A stretch of DNA of 56,177 bases from Myxococcales bacterium (lineage in GTDB: Bacteria > Myxococcota_A > Polyangia > Polyangiales > SLQV01): assembly GCA_007124745.1 (NCBI GenBank), contig SLEO01000019.1, forward strand, positions 1 through 56,177, given 5' to 3'. The notes below the pieces were generated by a model. The model had not been told where the DNA came from. It searched no databases and worked only from the letters and a program-made list of their open reading frames with translations. Below, in pieces: positions 10,461 through 20,111 of the stretch; position 1 is the stretch's first letter; each line of letters begins with the position of its first letter. The translations under genes and the position numbers were made by a program.

Positions 10461-11888
10461 ATGACGTGGGTGCTTCGTGCTCGCAGGTTGAGCGCGTGCC
10501 TGTGCGGTGGTGCAAGGCTCTGGTTCGAGGCAGCGGCGCTGAGCGTGGCAGTGTTATGCGCGTCGCTGATGGGGGCTTGCGATACGCTGCTGAACTCTGC
10601 CGTTCGTCTCGAAGACGCAGTCGTAGCCGAGCGCTCGGCGTTTCAGCGGCGCTCGGTGGTGGGGGTCGCCGCGCCGGACCCGGCGTGTGGCGCTGAGTGT
10701 CCGTCTCGTAAACTCAGCAACCTGGCGCATGCCCGCGGCTTCAAACATGCTGCGCCGAAGTCCGAGCCCAGCCTTAGCCGGGAGCCCGAAGGTTATCTAG
10801 ACCCGTGGGCGATGGTCCAGGGCCTTGCTTTTGAGGTCCGTGGCGAGATGCCCGTGTCGCGTTCGCCACGCGTTGAGCACTCACGTTTGGTCTGGCTCCT
10901 GGGTCCCGTGTCTTCGATGGGTCGAGACGGTGCCCGCAGGGAAGGCTCCGCAGGTCCCTTCCGCTGGAACTACGGTCCGACACCCTTCCAGCAGCTTCGG
11001 CTTGATATCCAGGGTTCGCTCCCTCTAGTGGTGGCCGGAACCCAGGTTGCCGAACTCAGAGAGCATCATCTAGCCCATGCGGTATGTCTGCTAGAGTCTC
11101 ACCCCGCGGCGGAGCTCAATCCGGTATTGCCCACGGTCGTACTGGATCCGGGCCACGGTGGCGCCAACGTGGGCGCGAGTTACAAGCACTTTTATGAGTC
11201 GGATCTGGTGCTCGATATAGCGCACCGGACACGTCTTGCGCTCCAAGCTTCCTGGCCCTCACTCCCGGTACTGCTGACGCGGACAGATAACCGCTATGTG
11301 CCCCTAAACGAGCGTTCACGCTTGGCAGTAGCGGTGGATGCCAGCCTCTTCGTGAGTATTCACCTCAATGACTCTGACCACCCCATCAAAGGGGGCGGTG
11401 TGACTACCTACTACTTCGGTCAAAGCGAGGCGCGGCACCTACGCCGACGCATGGCGCGTCACTTGGTTGAAGTGGAGGCTGCGCCGATTGCGTCCATGAT
11501 CGAGAGCCACCGATTACAAGGCTTGAGTCGCGCTTCGGCACGCCTGGCGAAGGCCGTCCACGAGGGCACGCTGGCGTACGCGCGCAAGCATCGCGCAAGT
11601 CTCCCGGACCGCGGCGTGCGCACCGAGCCCTTCTCGGTGCTCGTCGAAGCCGACATGCCTGCGGTGTTGCTAGAGGCCTCTTTCCTCTCGGAGGACGGAG
11701 AAGCGGACTTGCTGGTCTCCGAGGCCTACCGGCAAAGCTTGGCGGAAGGTGCCGCTGCCGGCATCATTCGCTATCTCCTCGACCGAGCGGCCGTTCGCAG
11801 CCTCAGCCCGGCGGGCATCGAGGCCCTGCAGGCCTGCGGCCGATTGCCCCGCGCAGCCCAGGCGCTGCCAGGTGAGCCTACAAGCTAA
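10461..11888 (+). CDS. N-acetylmuramoyl-L-alanine amidase (Amidase_3 family) lipoprotein
   Basis: Contains VVLDPGHGG, LFVSIHLN and PAVLLEASFLS blocks in the C-terminal half. There is an N-terminal lipobox (LMGAC). Confidence 0.85.
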   Translation: MTWVLRARRLSACLCGGARLWFEAAALSVAVLCASLMGACDTLLNSAVRLEDAVVAERSAFQRRSVVGVAAPDPACGAECPSRKLSNLAHARGFKHAAPKSEPSLSREPEGYLDPWAMVQGLAFEVRGEMPVSRSPRVEHSRLVWLLGPVSSMGRDGARREGSAGPFRWNYGPTPFQQLRLDIQGSLPLVVAGTQVAELREHHLAHAVCLLESHPAAELNPVLPTVVLDPGHGGANVGASYKHFYESDLVLDIAHRTRLALQASWPSLPVLLTRTDNRYVPLNERSRLAVAVDASLFVSIHLNDSDHPIKGGGVTTYYFGQSEARHLRRRMARHLVEVEAAPIASMIESHRLQGLSRASARLAKAVHEGTLAYARKHRASLPDRGVRTEPFSVLVEADMPAVLLEASFLSEDGEADLLVSEAYRQSLAEGAAAGIIRYLLDRAAVRSLSPAGIEALQACGRLPRAAQALPGEPTS

Positions 11889-12510
11889 CGCGTAGGCTGC
11901 CGGCCGTGGCCTCGCGCACACGCTCAACCGTCGTTCCGGGCGCAAGTTCGCGCAGCACAAACGCGCCATCTTCGATATCGAAGACGCCGAGGTCCGTGAT
12001 GACCCGGTCGACCACGCCCTGGCCCGTCAGCGGTAGCGTACAACGCTCAAGCAGCTTGGATTCGCCGTCGCGCGTGCACTGCTCCATCAGAATCACGACA
12101 CGGCGCACGCCGGCGACAAGGTCCATCGCCCCCCCCATGCCCTTGACCCGCTTGCCGGGGATCATCCAGTTGGCAAGGTCGCCATTCGCTGCCACTTCCA
12201 TCGCCCCGAGCAGCGCCACATCGATGCGCCCGCTGCGAATCATCGCAAAGGATGTCGCGCTATCAAAAGTGGCAGCGCCTGCGGTAGCGGTAATCGTCTC
12301 TTTCCCTGCATTGATCCAGTCCGCATCCGCGGTGCCTGGGGCAGGGTAGGGCCCCACCCCGAGCAGGCCATTCTCACTCTGAAGGGTGATGTTCTGATCG
12401 GCCCTAAGAAAGTTGGCCACGAGCGTCGGCAGACCGATGCCAAGGTTGACGTAGCTTCCTTGTGGGAGCTCTGCGGCTGCGCGGGCGGCGATGTGTTCTC
12501 GTGTCCACAT
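11878..12510 (-). CDS. scoB: 3-oxoacid CoA-transferase subunit B
   Basis: 210-aa ORF with the ENGLLGVGPYP and GMGGAMDLV blocks. It lies directly downstream of the subunit A gene. Confidence 0.88.
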   Translation of the reverse strand: MWTREHIAARAAAELPQGSYVNLGIGLPTLVANFLRADQNITLQSENGLLGVGPYPAPGTADADWINAGKETITATAGAATFDSATSFAMIRSGRIDVALLGAMEVAANGDLANWMIPGKRVKGMGGAMDLVAGVRRVVILMEQCTRDGESKLLERCTLPLTGQGVVDRVITDLGVFDIEDGAFVLRELAPGTTVERVREATAGSLRVSL

Positions 12511-12534
12511 GTGGAAGGCGACAACTCCTCTCTC

Positions 12535-13284
12535 TCAGGTGCCCTCAGGCATCTGTTCCTTCAGCCGTTCGATGCGTTTCTCCCCAGGGGAATGCAGGAT
12601 GGCGTCGACGAAAATGCCGGGCGTGTGCACTGAATCCGGGTCGAGGGAGCCTTCATCTACAAGAGTTTCCACCTCTGCAATCGTGTAGTCCGCCGCCATG
12701 GCGCAGAGCGGGTTGAAGTTGCGGGCCGTGCCGCGGTAGACGAGATTGCCCGCCCGGTCGCCTATTTCTGCCTTGATAAGCGCGACATCACCCCGAAGCG
12801 CTTCTTCAAGGAGGTACGTCTTGCCCCCAAAAGCTCGGGTTTCCTTGCCTTCAGCGTAGCTCGTGCCGACACCGGTCGGCGTGTAGAAGGCCGCAAGGCC
12901 GGAACCACCCGCCCGCAGCCGCTCTGCGAGGGTGCCCTGCGGCGTGAGACTCACGTCGATGTCGCCAGCGAGGAGCTGCCTTTCAAACTCGCGGTTTTCT
13001 CCGACGTAAGACGCGGTGATTCGGCGCAGCTTGTGCGCTTCAAGCAACCACCCAAGGCCAAAGTTGTCGACGCCGCAGTTATTCGATACGACTTCAAGGT
13101 CGCCCGCCGGAAGGTGTGCGAGCGTCGCGAGCAGCTTTTCGGGAATACCGCAAAGCCCAAAGCCGCCGACGAGCAGCCGCATGCCGGATTGAACCACGCT
13201 CAGCGCTTCGGTCGCGTCCACGACCACCTTGCGGTCGCGTCCGGACTCGGGTTTCCGCAGCGCTTGCTTTGGGCTTTTTGCCAT
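12535..13284 (-). CDS. scoA: 3-oxoacid CoA-transferase subunit A
   Basis: 249-aa ORF with GGFGLCGIPE, SNNCGVD, ASYVGEN and ARNFNP blocks, closely matching my recollection of characterised ScoA/AtoD proteins. Confidence 0.88.
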   Translation of the reverse strand: MAKSPKQALRKPESGRDRKVVVDATEALSVVQSGMRLLVGGFGLCGIPEKLLATLAHLPAGDLEVVSNNCGVDNFGLGWLLEAHKLRRITASYVGENREFERQLLAGDIDVSLTPQGTLAERLRAGGSGLAAFYTPTGVGTSYAEGKETRAFGGKTYLLEEALRGDVALIKAEIGDRAGNLVYRGTARNFNPLCAMAADYTIAEVETLVDEGSLDPDSVHTPGIFVDAILHSPGEKRIERLKEQMPEGT

Positions 13285-13432
13285 AGAGCTACTGAGTCAC
13301 GGTACCACGTCTATCATGGCCGAGCCCAATGGTTGTTGACGCTGACGCGGGGCCCGAAGCTAGGGCGCCAAGCGGCCCGCTTGCCCGCCTTAGTGCCGGA
13401 AGCCGACCGTCATCTCATCGACTCGGGACACT

Positions 13433-13512
13433 CCCGACCCGTGCCGACCCGTCCCGACCCGTGCCGACCCGTCCCGACCCGTCCCGACCCGTCCCGACCC
13501 GTCCCGACCCGT
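13433..13512. repeat. 10-bp tandem repeat, 8 copies (CCCGACCCGT/GCCGACCCGT)
   Basis: Read directly from the sequence. Units start at 13433, 13443, ... 13503. The minus strand reads (ACGGGTCGGG)n. Confidence 0.97.
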
Positions 13513-13544
13513 TCACGCTCGGGCCCGTTCTCGCTCGGGCCCGG
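13513..13544. repeat. 16-bp direct repeat, 2 copies (TCACGCTCGGGCCCGT / TCTCGCTCGGGCCCGG)
   Basis: Read directly from the sequence. It immediately follows the 10-bp array and lies 22 bp from the carA stop codon. Confidence 0.85.
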
Positions 13545-13565
13545 TCGCGGTGATGCAGACTCGGT

Positions 13566-14822
13566 CTATTTCTTCGACGCGTTAAAGGTCCGCATGCGGT
13601 CGACGAAACGCTCGAAGAGGTAGGTCGAGTCATGGGGCCCGGCCGCAGCTTCCGGATGGTATTGCACACTGAAGGCGGATAGCTCGGCGCATTCCAGGCC
13701 CTCGCAGGTGCCGTCGTTGAGGTGGGTGTGCGTGCGAACGACACCGCTTGGAAGCGCCTCGTGATTCACCGCGAATCCGTGATTCTGCGACGTGATTTCG
13801 ATGCGTCCCGTTATCTCGTCGCGGACGGGCTGATTGAGTCCGCGGTGACCGAACTTCAGCTTGTAGGTAGGCACTTCGAGCGCCCGCGCCACAAGCTGAT
13901 GCCCTAGGCAAATCCCGAAGACCGGCCGGAAGCCGAGCAACTCCTTCACCGTCGCGGTAGGGATCGTGGTGGCCGCGGGGTCCCCGGGGCCATTGCTCAA
14001 AAAGATACCGTTCGGGTTCAGCGCGCGGACGGTCTCCGCGGGCGTGTGTGCGGGAACAACGTGGACGTCGCAGCCGAAGTCGACCAAACGCCTCAGAATG
14101 TGCCGCTTGATGCCAAAATCGAACGCCACGACGCGCAGGCGCTCCCCGGATGCCTTCGCTCTGCGGTACCAATAGATGTGTTCGAGCGCGCTTGAGTCCG
14201 GTGAGCCTTTGCGCCACTCGTACGCCTCAGCGGTCGTGACGCGTGAGGCAAGCTCTAATCCTGCCATCGAAGGCGCGCTTTGAGCGCGCGCCACAAGTTC
14301 CTCGACGGACGCCGTGCCCACGGCGGCAGTCTGCGCGCCGTGGTCGCGAATGTGTCGCGTCAGGCGTCGCGTATCCACTCCCGCGAGACCCACCACGTTG
14401 TGGCGCTCTAGGTAGGCGTCGAGCGTCTCAAGTGAACGCCAGTTGCTCGGCGCAAGCGTGGTTCCACCGATGATAAAGGCGCTTGCTTGCGGCCCGCGGC
14501 TTTCGGCGTCCTCCGTATTGATGCCTGTATTGCCGATGTGTGCCGCCGTCATCACCAGCACCTGGCTATGATACGACGGGTCCGTCAGGACTTCCTGATA
14601 GCCGGTCATGCCCGTAGTGAACACGGCTTCACCCGTAGCGGTGGCGGTGGCACCTAAAGAGAAGCCCTCAAACACGCTGCCATCGGCCAATACCAGGCGC
14701 CCCGGCTTCCGCAGTGCGCGTGCAGGCCAGGTCTCCGACGAAAGGTCGTTCGCGGAGATGCGCACGTCGGCGGGTGTGTCGGCGGCGGAGGCTCGAGAGT
14801 CGGCGTTGCCGGGTGCTGACAT
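13566..14822 (-). CDS. carA: carbamoyl-phosphate synthase small (glutamine amidotransferase) subunit
   Basis: Contains the GATase triad context (GICLGHQL, QNHGF, VQYHPEA) and an N-terminal CPSase small-chain domain (LVLADGSVFEG). About 40 extra N-terminal residues make the start uncertain. Confidence 0.92.
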   Translation of the reverse strand: MSAPGNADSRASAADTPADVRISANDLSSETWPARALRKPGRLVLADGSVFEGFSLGATATATGEAVFTTGMTGYQEVLTDPSYHSQVLVMTAAHIGNTGINTEDAESRGPQASAFIIGGTTLAPSNWRSLETLDAYLERHNVVGLAGVDTRRLTRHIRDHGAQTAAVGTASVEELVARAQSAPSMAGLELASRVTTAEAYEWRKGSPDSSALEHIYWYRRAKASGERLRVVAFDFGIKRHILRRLVDFGCDVHVVPAHTPAETVRALNPNGIFLSNGPGDPAATTIPTATVKELLGFRPVFGICLGHQLVARALEVPTYKLKFGHRGLNQPVRDEITGRIEITSQNHGFAVNHEALPSGVVRTHTHLNDGTCEGLECAELSAFSVQYHPEAAAGPHDSTYLFERFVDRMRTFNASKK

Positions 14823-14827
14823 CTGCG

Positions 14828-15052
14828 TCAGCTCTCGACGTTGCCGGAGGCTTTAGGGGCAGCGGCGCTTGTGCCTTCTTTTTCTGGCACGCGGTCGCCG
14901 AGCCGTTTCTTCATCGTCAGCACCTTGCGGTACAGCGACGGAAAATCCTTGTGACGCGTCACCGTCGCTGGGGTGCCTCCGCGCAAAATCGACTGCAGAA
15001 TGAACTCAAGAATCTGGACTTCACCCTCAGAAAAGCTGTTGCTGATCCGCAT
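14828..15052 (-). CDS. hypothetical small protein (74 aa), weak HTH-like pattern
   Basis: The ORF ends 5 bp before the annotated carA start. The segment FSEGEVQILEFIL...TVTRHKDF...KKRLG loosely resembles LuxR/sigma region-4 type HTH spacing. I recognised no firm family. Confidence 0.35.
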   Translation of the reverse strand: MRISNSFSEGEVQILEFILQSILRGGTPATVTRHKDFPSLYRKVLTMKKRLGDRVPEKEGTSAAAPKASGNVES

Positions 15053-15142
15053 CGACCGAAGGTAGCTGGCACCTTAGGTGCTGACAAGGATCTAGATCGA
15101 AGTCGATCGCATTGCCGTCGAATTGACGCAAAAAGCTAGGTG

Positions 15143-16852
<1,710 letters not shown>

Positions 16853-17052
16853 GCCGCGGCTCCGCACGCAGATTGCCAGCTCAACGATAGGCGTTGCGCT
16901 CGCGAGACAGGGGTCACTTGCTGCGACCCGACGTCGGCGTTCGAAGGGTAGGTTGCTCGACAGCTGCGGTGCACGAATATGATGCTAGCGCATCACTTGG
17001 ACTTGAGGGAAGCATCCCGTGCATGGACCGGCAGCGCCAGGGTTACCCCGCC

Positions 17053-17937
17053 TTACCAGCTACCAGGTCGCGACCGTGGTGCGGTGTAGGCGTCTGTGCC
17101 GCTGCTGCGTTCCGTCGTTCCGCTACCGGGGCGGCGACCGCGGCCTCCTCCTTTCGCGGCTTCATAGCGACTATCCGTCGCCTTCGAGAACCACCCGCCG
17201 GTGAGCACGTCAAGGAGGGCGGTGAACTCGTCAACGCGCAGCAGTAACGCTTCGCGGGCGAGCGGATCCTGTGGCGGACTGTTCAGGAAGCGGACGAAGA
17301 GCTGCTTGCGCAGATAGTAGATGCGTGTCGTCTCGAGCATGAGGTCACGCTGGACGCCGATAAGACCGTACACCTGAACTTCCGCAGGGTTGAAGATGAG
17401 TTCGCGAAAGTCCCAAACCGCACCGATTGAGATGGTGTTGGTATTGGTATCGCGATTCTCCTGGACGTCTCTCGGGTTCGAGAGCCGCTGTCTTTCGCTG
17501 CGGTCGAAGGTGGTATCGTCGAGACGAAAACCAGCGGCGAAGGTGGGAAGGAGTGCGCGCGTGTTGGCGGTTCTGCGCAGCCGGTCAAAGTTCTTGGGGT
17601 CGACGCGAAAGTAGCGCAGGGCAGCCTGCATCGTTTCAGAAACAGGGGGTTCGTATTTGGTACGCTCCCGTGCTGTTTCAAAGGATCTGCCGCCGACGTC
17701 TGCGCCTGGCCCGCCGCCGTCATCGCCTTCTCCGTAGGCCAGGTCGCGGGCTTGCGCACGCCTCACGCTGTGACCGCCTCCGGGCTGAGCGGCCCCGGTC
17801 TTGTGCCATGCCGCCGCGCTCCCGCGGGCTGCCGAAGGGGTTCGCGCTGAACGTTGTGCCTGAGCGCTTTCCGGCCACCATAAGACCAGACTCAGCGCGC
17901 ACAGAATCGAAGTATGGATAAAAATAGAGGAATACAT
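17053..17937 (-). CDS. hypothetical secreted protein
   Basis: There is a signal peptide (MYSSIFIHTSILCALSLVLWWPESAQA) at an internal ATG, 13 bp after the stop of the upstream propeller gene. I recognised no family. Confidence 0.5.
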   Translation of the reverse strand: MYSSIFIHTSILCALSLVLWWPESAQAQRSARTPSAARGSAAAWHKTGAAQPGGGHSVRRAQARDLAYGEGDDGGGPGADVGGRSFETARERTKYEPPVSETMQAALRYFRVDPKNFDRLRRTANTRALLPTFAAGFRLDDTTFDRSERQRLSNPRDVQENRDTNTNTISIGAVWDFRELIFNPAEVQVYGLIGVQRDLMLETTRIYYLRKQLFVRFLNSPPQDPLAREALLLRVDEFTALLDVLTGGWFSKATDSRYEAAKGGGRGRRPGSGTTERSSGTDAYTAPRSRPGSW

Positions 17938-17950
17938 AGCTTTAACTCTC

Positions 17951-20071
17951 TTAGCTTCTCTCGGTGACCAAGGACCCGAGCGAGCGCCGCATCCAGCCTT
18001 CGAGGACCGCTTCGACCGCTTCAATCCGTATTTGAAAAATGGCGGACTGCTCCGCGTCCGTCTCGCCTGACGCGATACGCCGCAACATGGTCATGCGTTC
18101 GTACCAGCTATCTTCCGCGATGAACTGGACCTGGTGCTTTAGCCCGTGTAGTTGGTTCTGTGCTGAAGACACGGAGAAATGGGAAAAGCGTGTTCCATCC
18201 AAAAACCAGACGAGCTGGCCGAAATAACCATGGTTGACCTCGCTGTAACGCGCGATTCGTTCGAACTGAGAATCACCCCGCTGCACCTCGACTTCGCGCG
18301 GCGTAAAGTCACCGTCGCGTTGATACTGGAGCGATAGCTGCGGTGCCCAGTTACTCACTCTGGAGAGATGATTGATCTGGTTGATCCCCGAAGCCGAAAG
18401 ACCCGTTCGTTCAAGCACTTCGTCGACCACCAGGTTCAAGGGAGGCGTTTCCAAGATTTTGTCGCTGGCCCAGCGCATAAAGCGCTCCTTGTCGGGGTAA
18501 TCTGGCGCTTGAGCCGGCGGTACCGTGGTCCAGACATCACCGCGTGTCACCACCCACCATCCCGAGGGGTTGCCATTTTCGTCCATCGAGGTAGCCATCT
18601 GACCGTTTGACCGTTCGGAAATGCCTTGAAAGAAGGGATACCAAGTCTTGCCTCGGTCGTCGGTGGCGTAAATCCAGTTTCTCAGCATGCCCGCCACGCG
18701 CCGGTTGCCGGCCCGGTCAGTCCCCACGGCAACCTGCCGCACACGGTCGCGTTCGAAGAGCGAACGGGCCTCGGCGACCCAGGTCTCAGCATTGTCATAG
18801 GACACGCGTAAACCGTCGTCCGTTGCCATCCACACCTCGCCCTCCGGCGTGATTTCAATCCAGCGAATGTCGGCCCACGGTGCGGTGTCGCTGTTCTTGA
18901 AGTCAGGGTAAACGATTGACAGGCCTTCCTCAGAGTCAGGGTCACCCGCCCAGAGACCTGAGCCCCATGCGGCGAAAAGCTTCTCAAGTTTGGGCCCGCC
19001 GGAGGCTTTCGGAGCAACTGCGACCGCTGTCGTGGGCGCGCCCGGCCACCCAACTAGCATCTGGTCAAAGGTGCTACCGCCATCAGATGAGCGAAAAAGC
19101 CCGAAATAGGTCGCGAGATAGCTCGTTGACGGGTCTTCCTCACTGCAGGCGACATGAAGAAGCTGAACCCCGGGTATCGCGAAGAGCCGAATGAACGTGG
19201 CTCCATTATCTTGAGACCCGTACAGTTCCCACTTGCCGGCAATTTGCAGCGGATAAGTGGCGCCGGGACAAATCGCAATGCGCCGAATGGGGATGAGCTC
19301 AGGCCTCCGGTCGCGCTCGGCGAGGTAAAGCAGCTCCTGCGGGACACCGACACCGGCCGGTACGAAACCGACGACGATGTTTTCCGGCAGCGTTGAAAAC
19401 TGGATGAGCTCGACGCCTGTCACGAAAATACGGTCGAGGAACCGCTGGAACGGTGCGTCGAAGAAAATCGTCAACGGACTCGGGGTTGTCGCACCGAGCT
19501 GGGGCAGTCCCGGCGCTACCAGGTTGATCGAGCGCGCGACGGTCAGCCGGTCGCGCATCTCTTGCTCGCGCCATGTGACCCCCGAGTCTTCGGAAATGTA
19601 AAGAATACCTTCAGCACTGCCGACGTAGACACGGCGCGGGTCTGCGGGGTCGACGGTGATTGCGGTTAGGGCGCCATTGGTGCGTGGGTGCGAAAAGATG
19701 CGCCGCCAGGACCAGTCGGAGCCTACCGGTGCGTCCGGAGGCGGCGCCATCGGTCCCGAAAGTCCGGAGGACGTCCTGCCGTCGTAACCATCATCGAATA
19801 CTTCCTCGCCGACGACGCTTTCATCGAGGCCATCCATGACTCCGCGATCGACGTCACGCGTTTCGTCCTCGTCTTGGGCGTGGACAGCGGTGACGTTGAG
19901 CGCGAGGCAGAGGCACGGGAACACAACGCCCCAGCGTGCGCTTCGTCCCGCTCGTCGCGAGAAGCCCACGGAAGAAAGGGCTACTCTGCTGGCGTTGTCG
20001 CCCGCGATGCTTCTAAGGGTGGTTGAAAATCGTACCATCATCCGTCGAAGCTTGATGTGTGCAAAAGGCAT
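17951..20071 (-). CDS. secreted Asp-box (BNR/sortilin-VPS10-like) beta-propeller protein
   Basis: Five S/T-x-D-x-G-x-T-W/F Asp-boxes (SEDSGVTW, SQDNGATF, SSDGGSTF, SYDNAETW, TDDRGKTW). There is an N-terminal signal-like hydrophobic segment. Confidence 0.7.
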   Translation of the reverse strand: MPFAHIKLRRMMVRFSTTLRSIAGDNASRVALSSVGFSRRAGRSARWGVVFPCLCLALNVTAVHAQDEDETRDVDRGVMDGLDESVVGEEVFDDGYDGRTSSGLSGPMAPPPDAPVGSDWSWRRIFSHPRTNGALTAITVDPADPRRVYVGSAEGILYISEDSGVTWREQEMRDRLTVARSINLVAPGLPQLGATTPSPLTIFFDAPFQRFLDRIFVTGVELIQFSTLPENIVVGFVPAGVGVPQELLYLAERDRRPELIPIRRIAICPGATYPLQIAGKWELYGSQDNGATFIRLFAIPGVQLLHVACSEEDPSTSYLATYFGLFRSSDGGSTFDQMLVGWPGAPTTAVAVAPKASGGPKLEKLFAAWGSGLWAGDPDSEEGLSIVYPDFKNSDTAPWADIRWIEITPEGEVWMATDDGLRVSYDNAETWVAEARSLFERDRVRQVAVGTDRAGNRRVAGMLRNWIYATDDRGKTWYPFFQGISERSNGQMATSMDENGNPSGWWVVTRGDVWTTVPPAQAPDYPDKERFMRWASDKILETPPLNLVVDEVLERTGLSASGINQINHLSRVSNWAPQLSLQYQRDGDFTPREVEVQRGDSQFERIARYSEVNHGYFGQLVWFLDGTRFSHFSVSSAQNQLHGLKHQVQFIAEDSWYERMTMLRRIASGETDAEQSAIFQIRIEAVEAVLEGWMRRSLGSLVTERS

Positions 20072-20111
20072 ACCTTTGCCTCATGCCCCCGCTAGCGCCT
20101 AGGCTGCATCC

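Noticed and set aside
9923-10696. A 257-aa plus-strand ORF bridging the end of the oxidoreductase gene and the start of the amidase gene.
   Set aside because: It overlaps two well-supported genes out of frame. Its translation is Pro/Arg-rich low-complexity sequence.
13433-13512. A possible CRISPR array or other spacer-containing repeat; the same question applies to 24601-24656.
   Set aside because: The units are contiguous 10-bp or 14-bp repeats with no spacers. They are far shorter than CRISPR repeats, and no cas genes are present.
13033-13744. ORFs encoding Pro-rich repeats (PTRPDPSRPVPTRPDPSRPV) across the carA-scoA spacer.
   Set aside because: The periodicity comes from the 10-bp tandem repeat, which is not a multiple of 3. 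The ORFs are short, occur in several frames and on both strands, and lie between two minus-strand genes.
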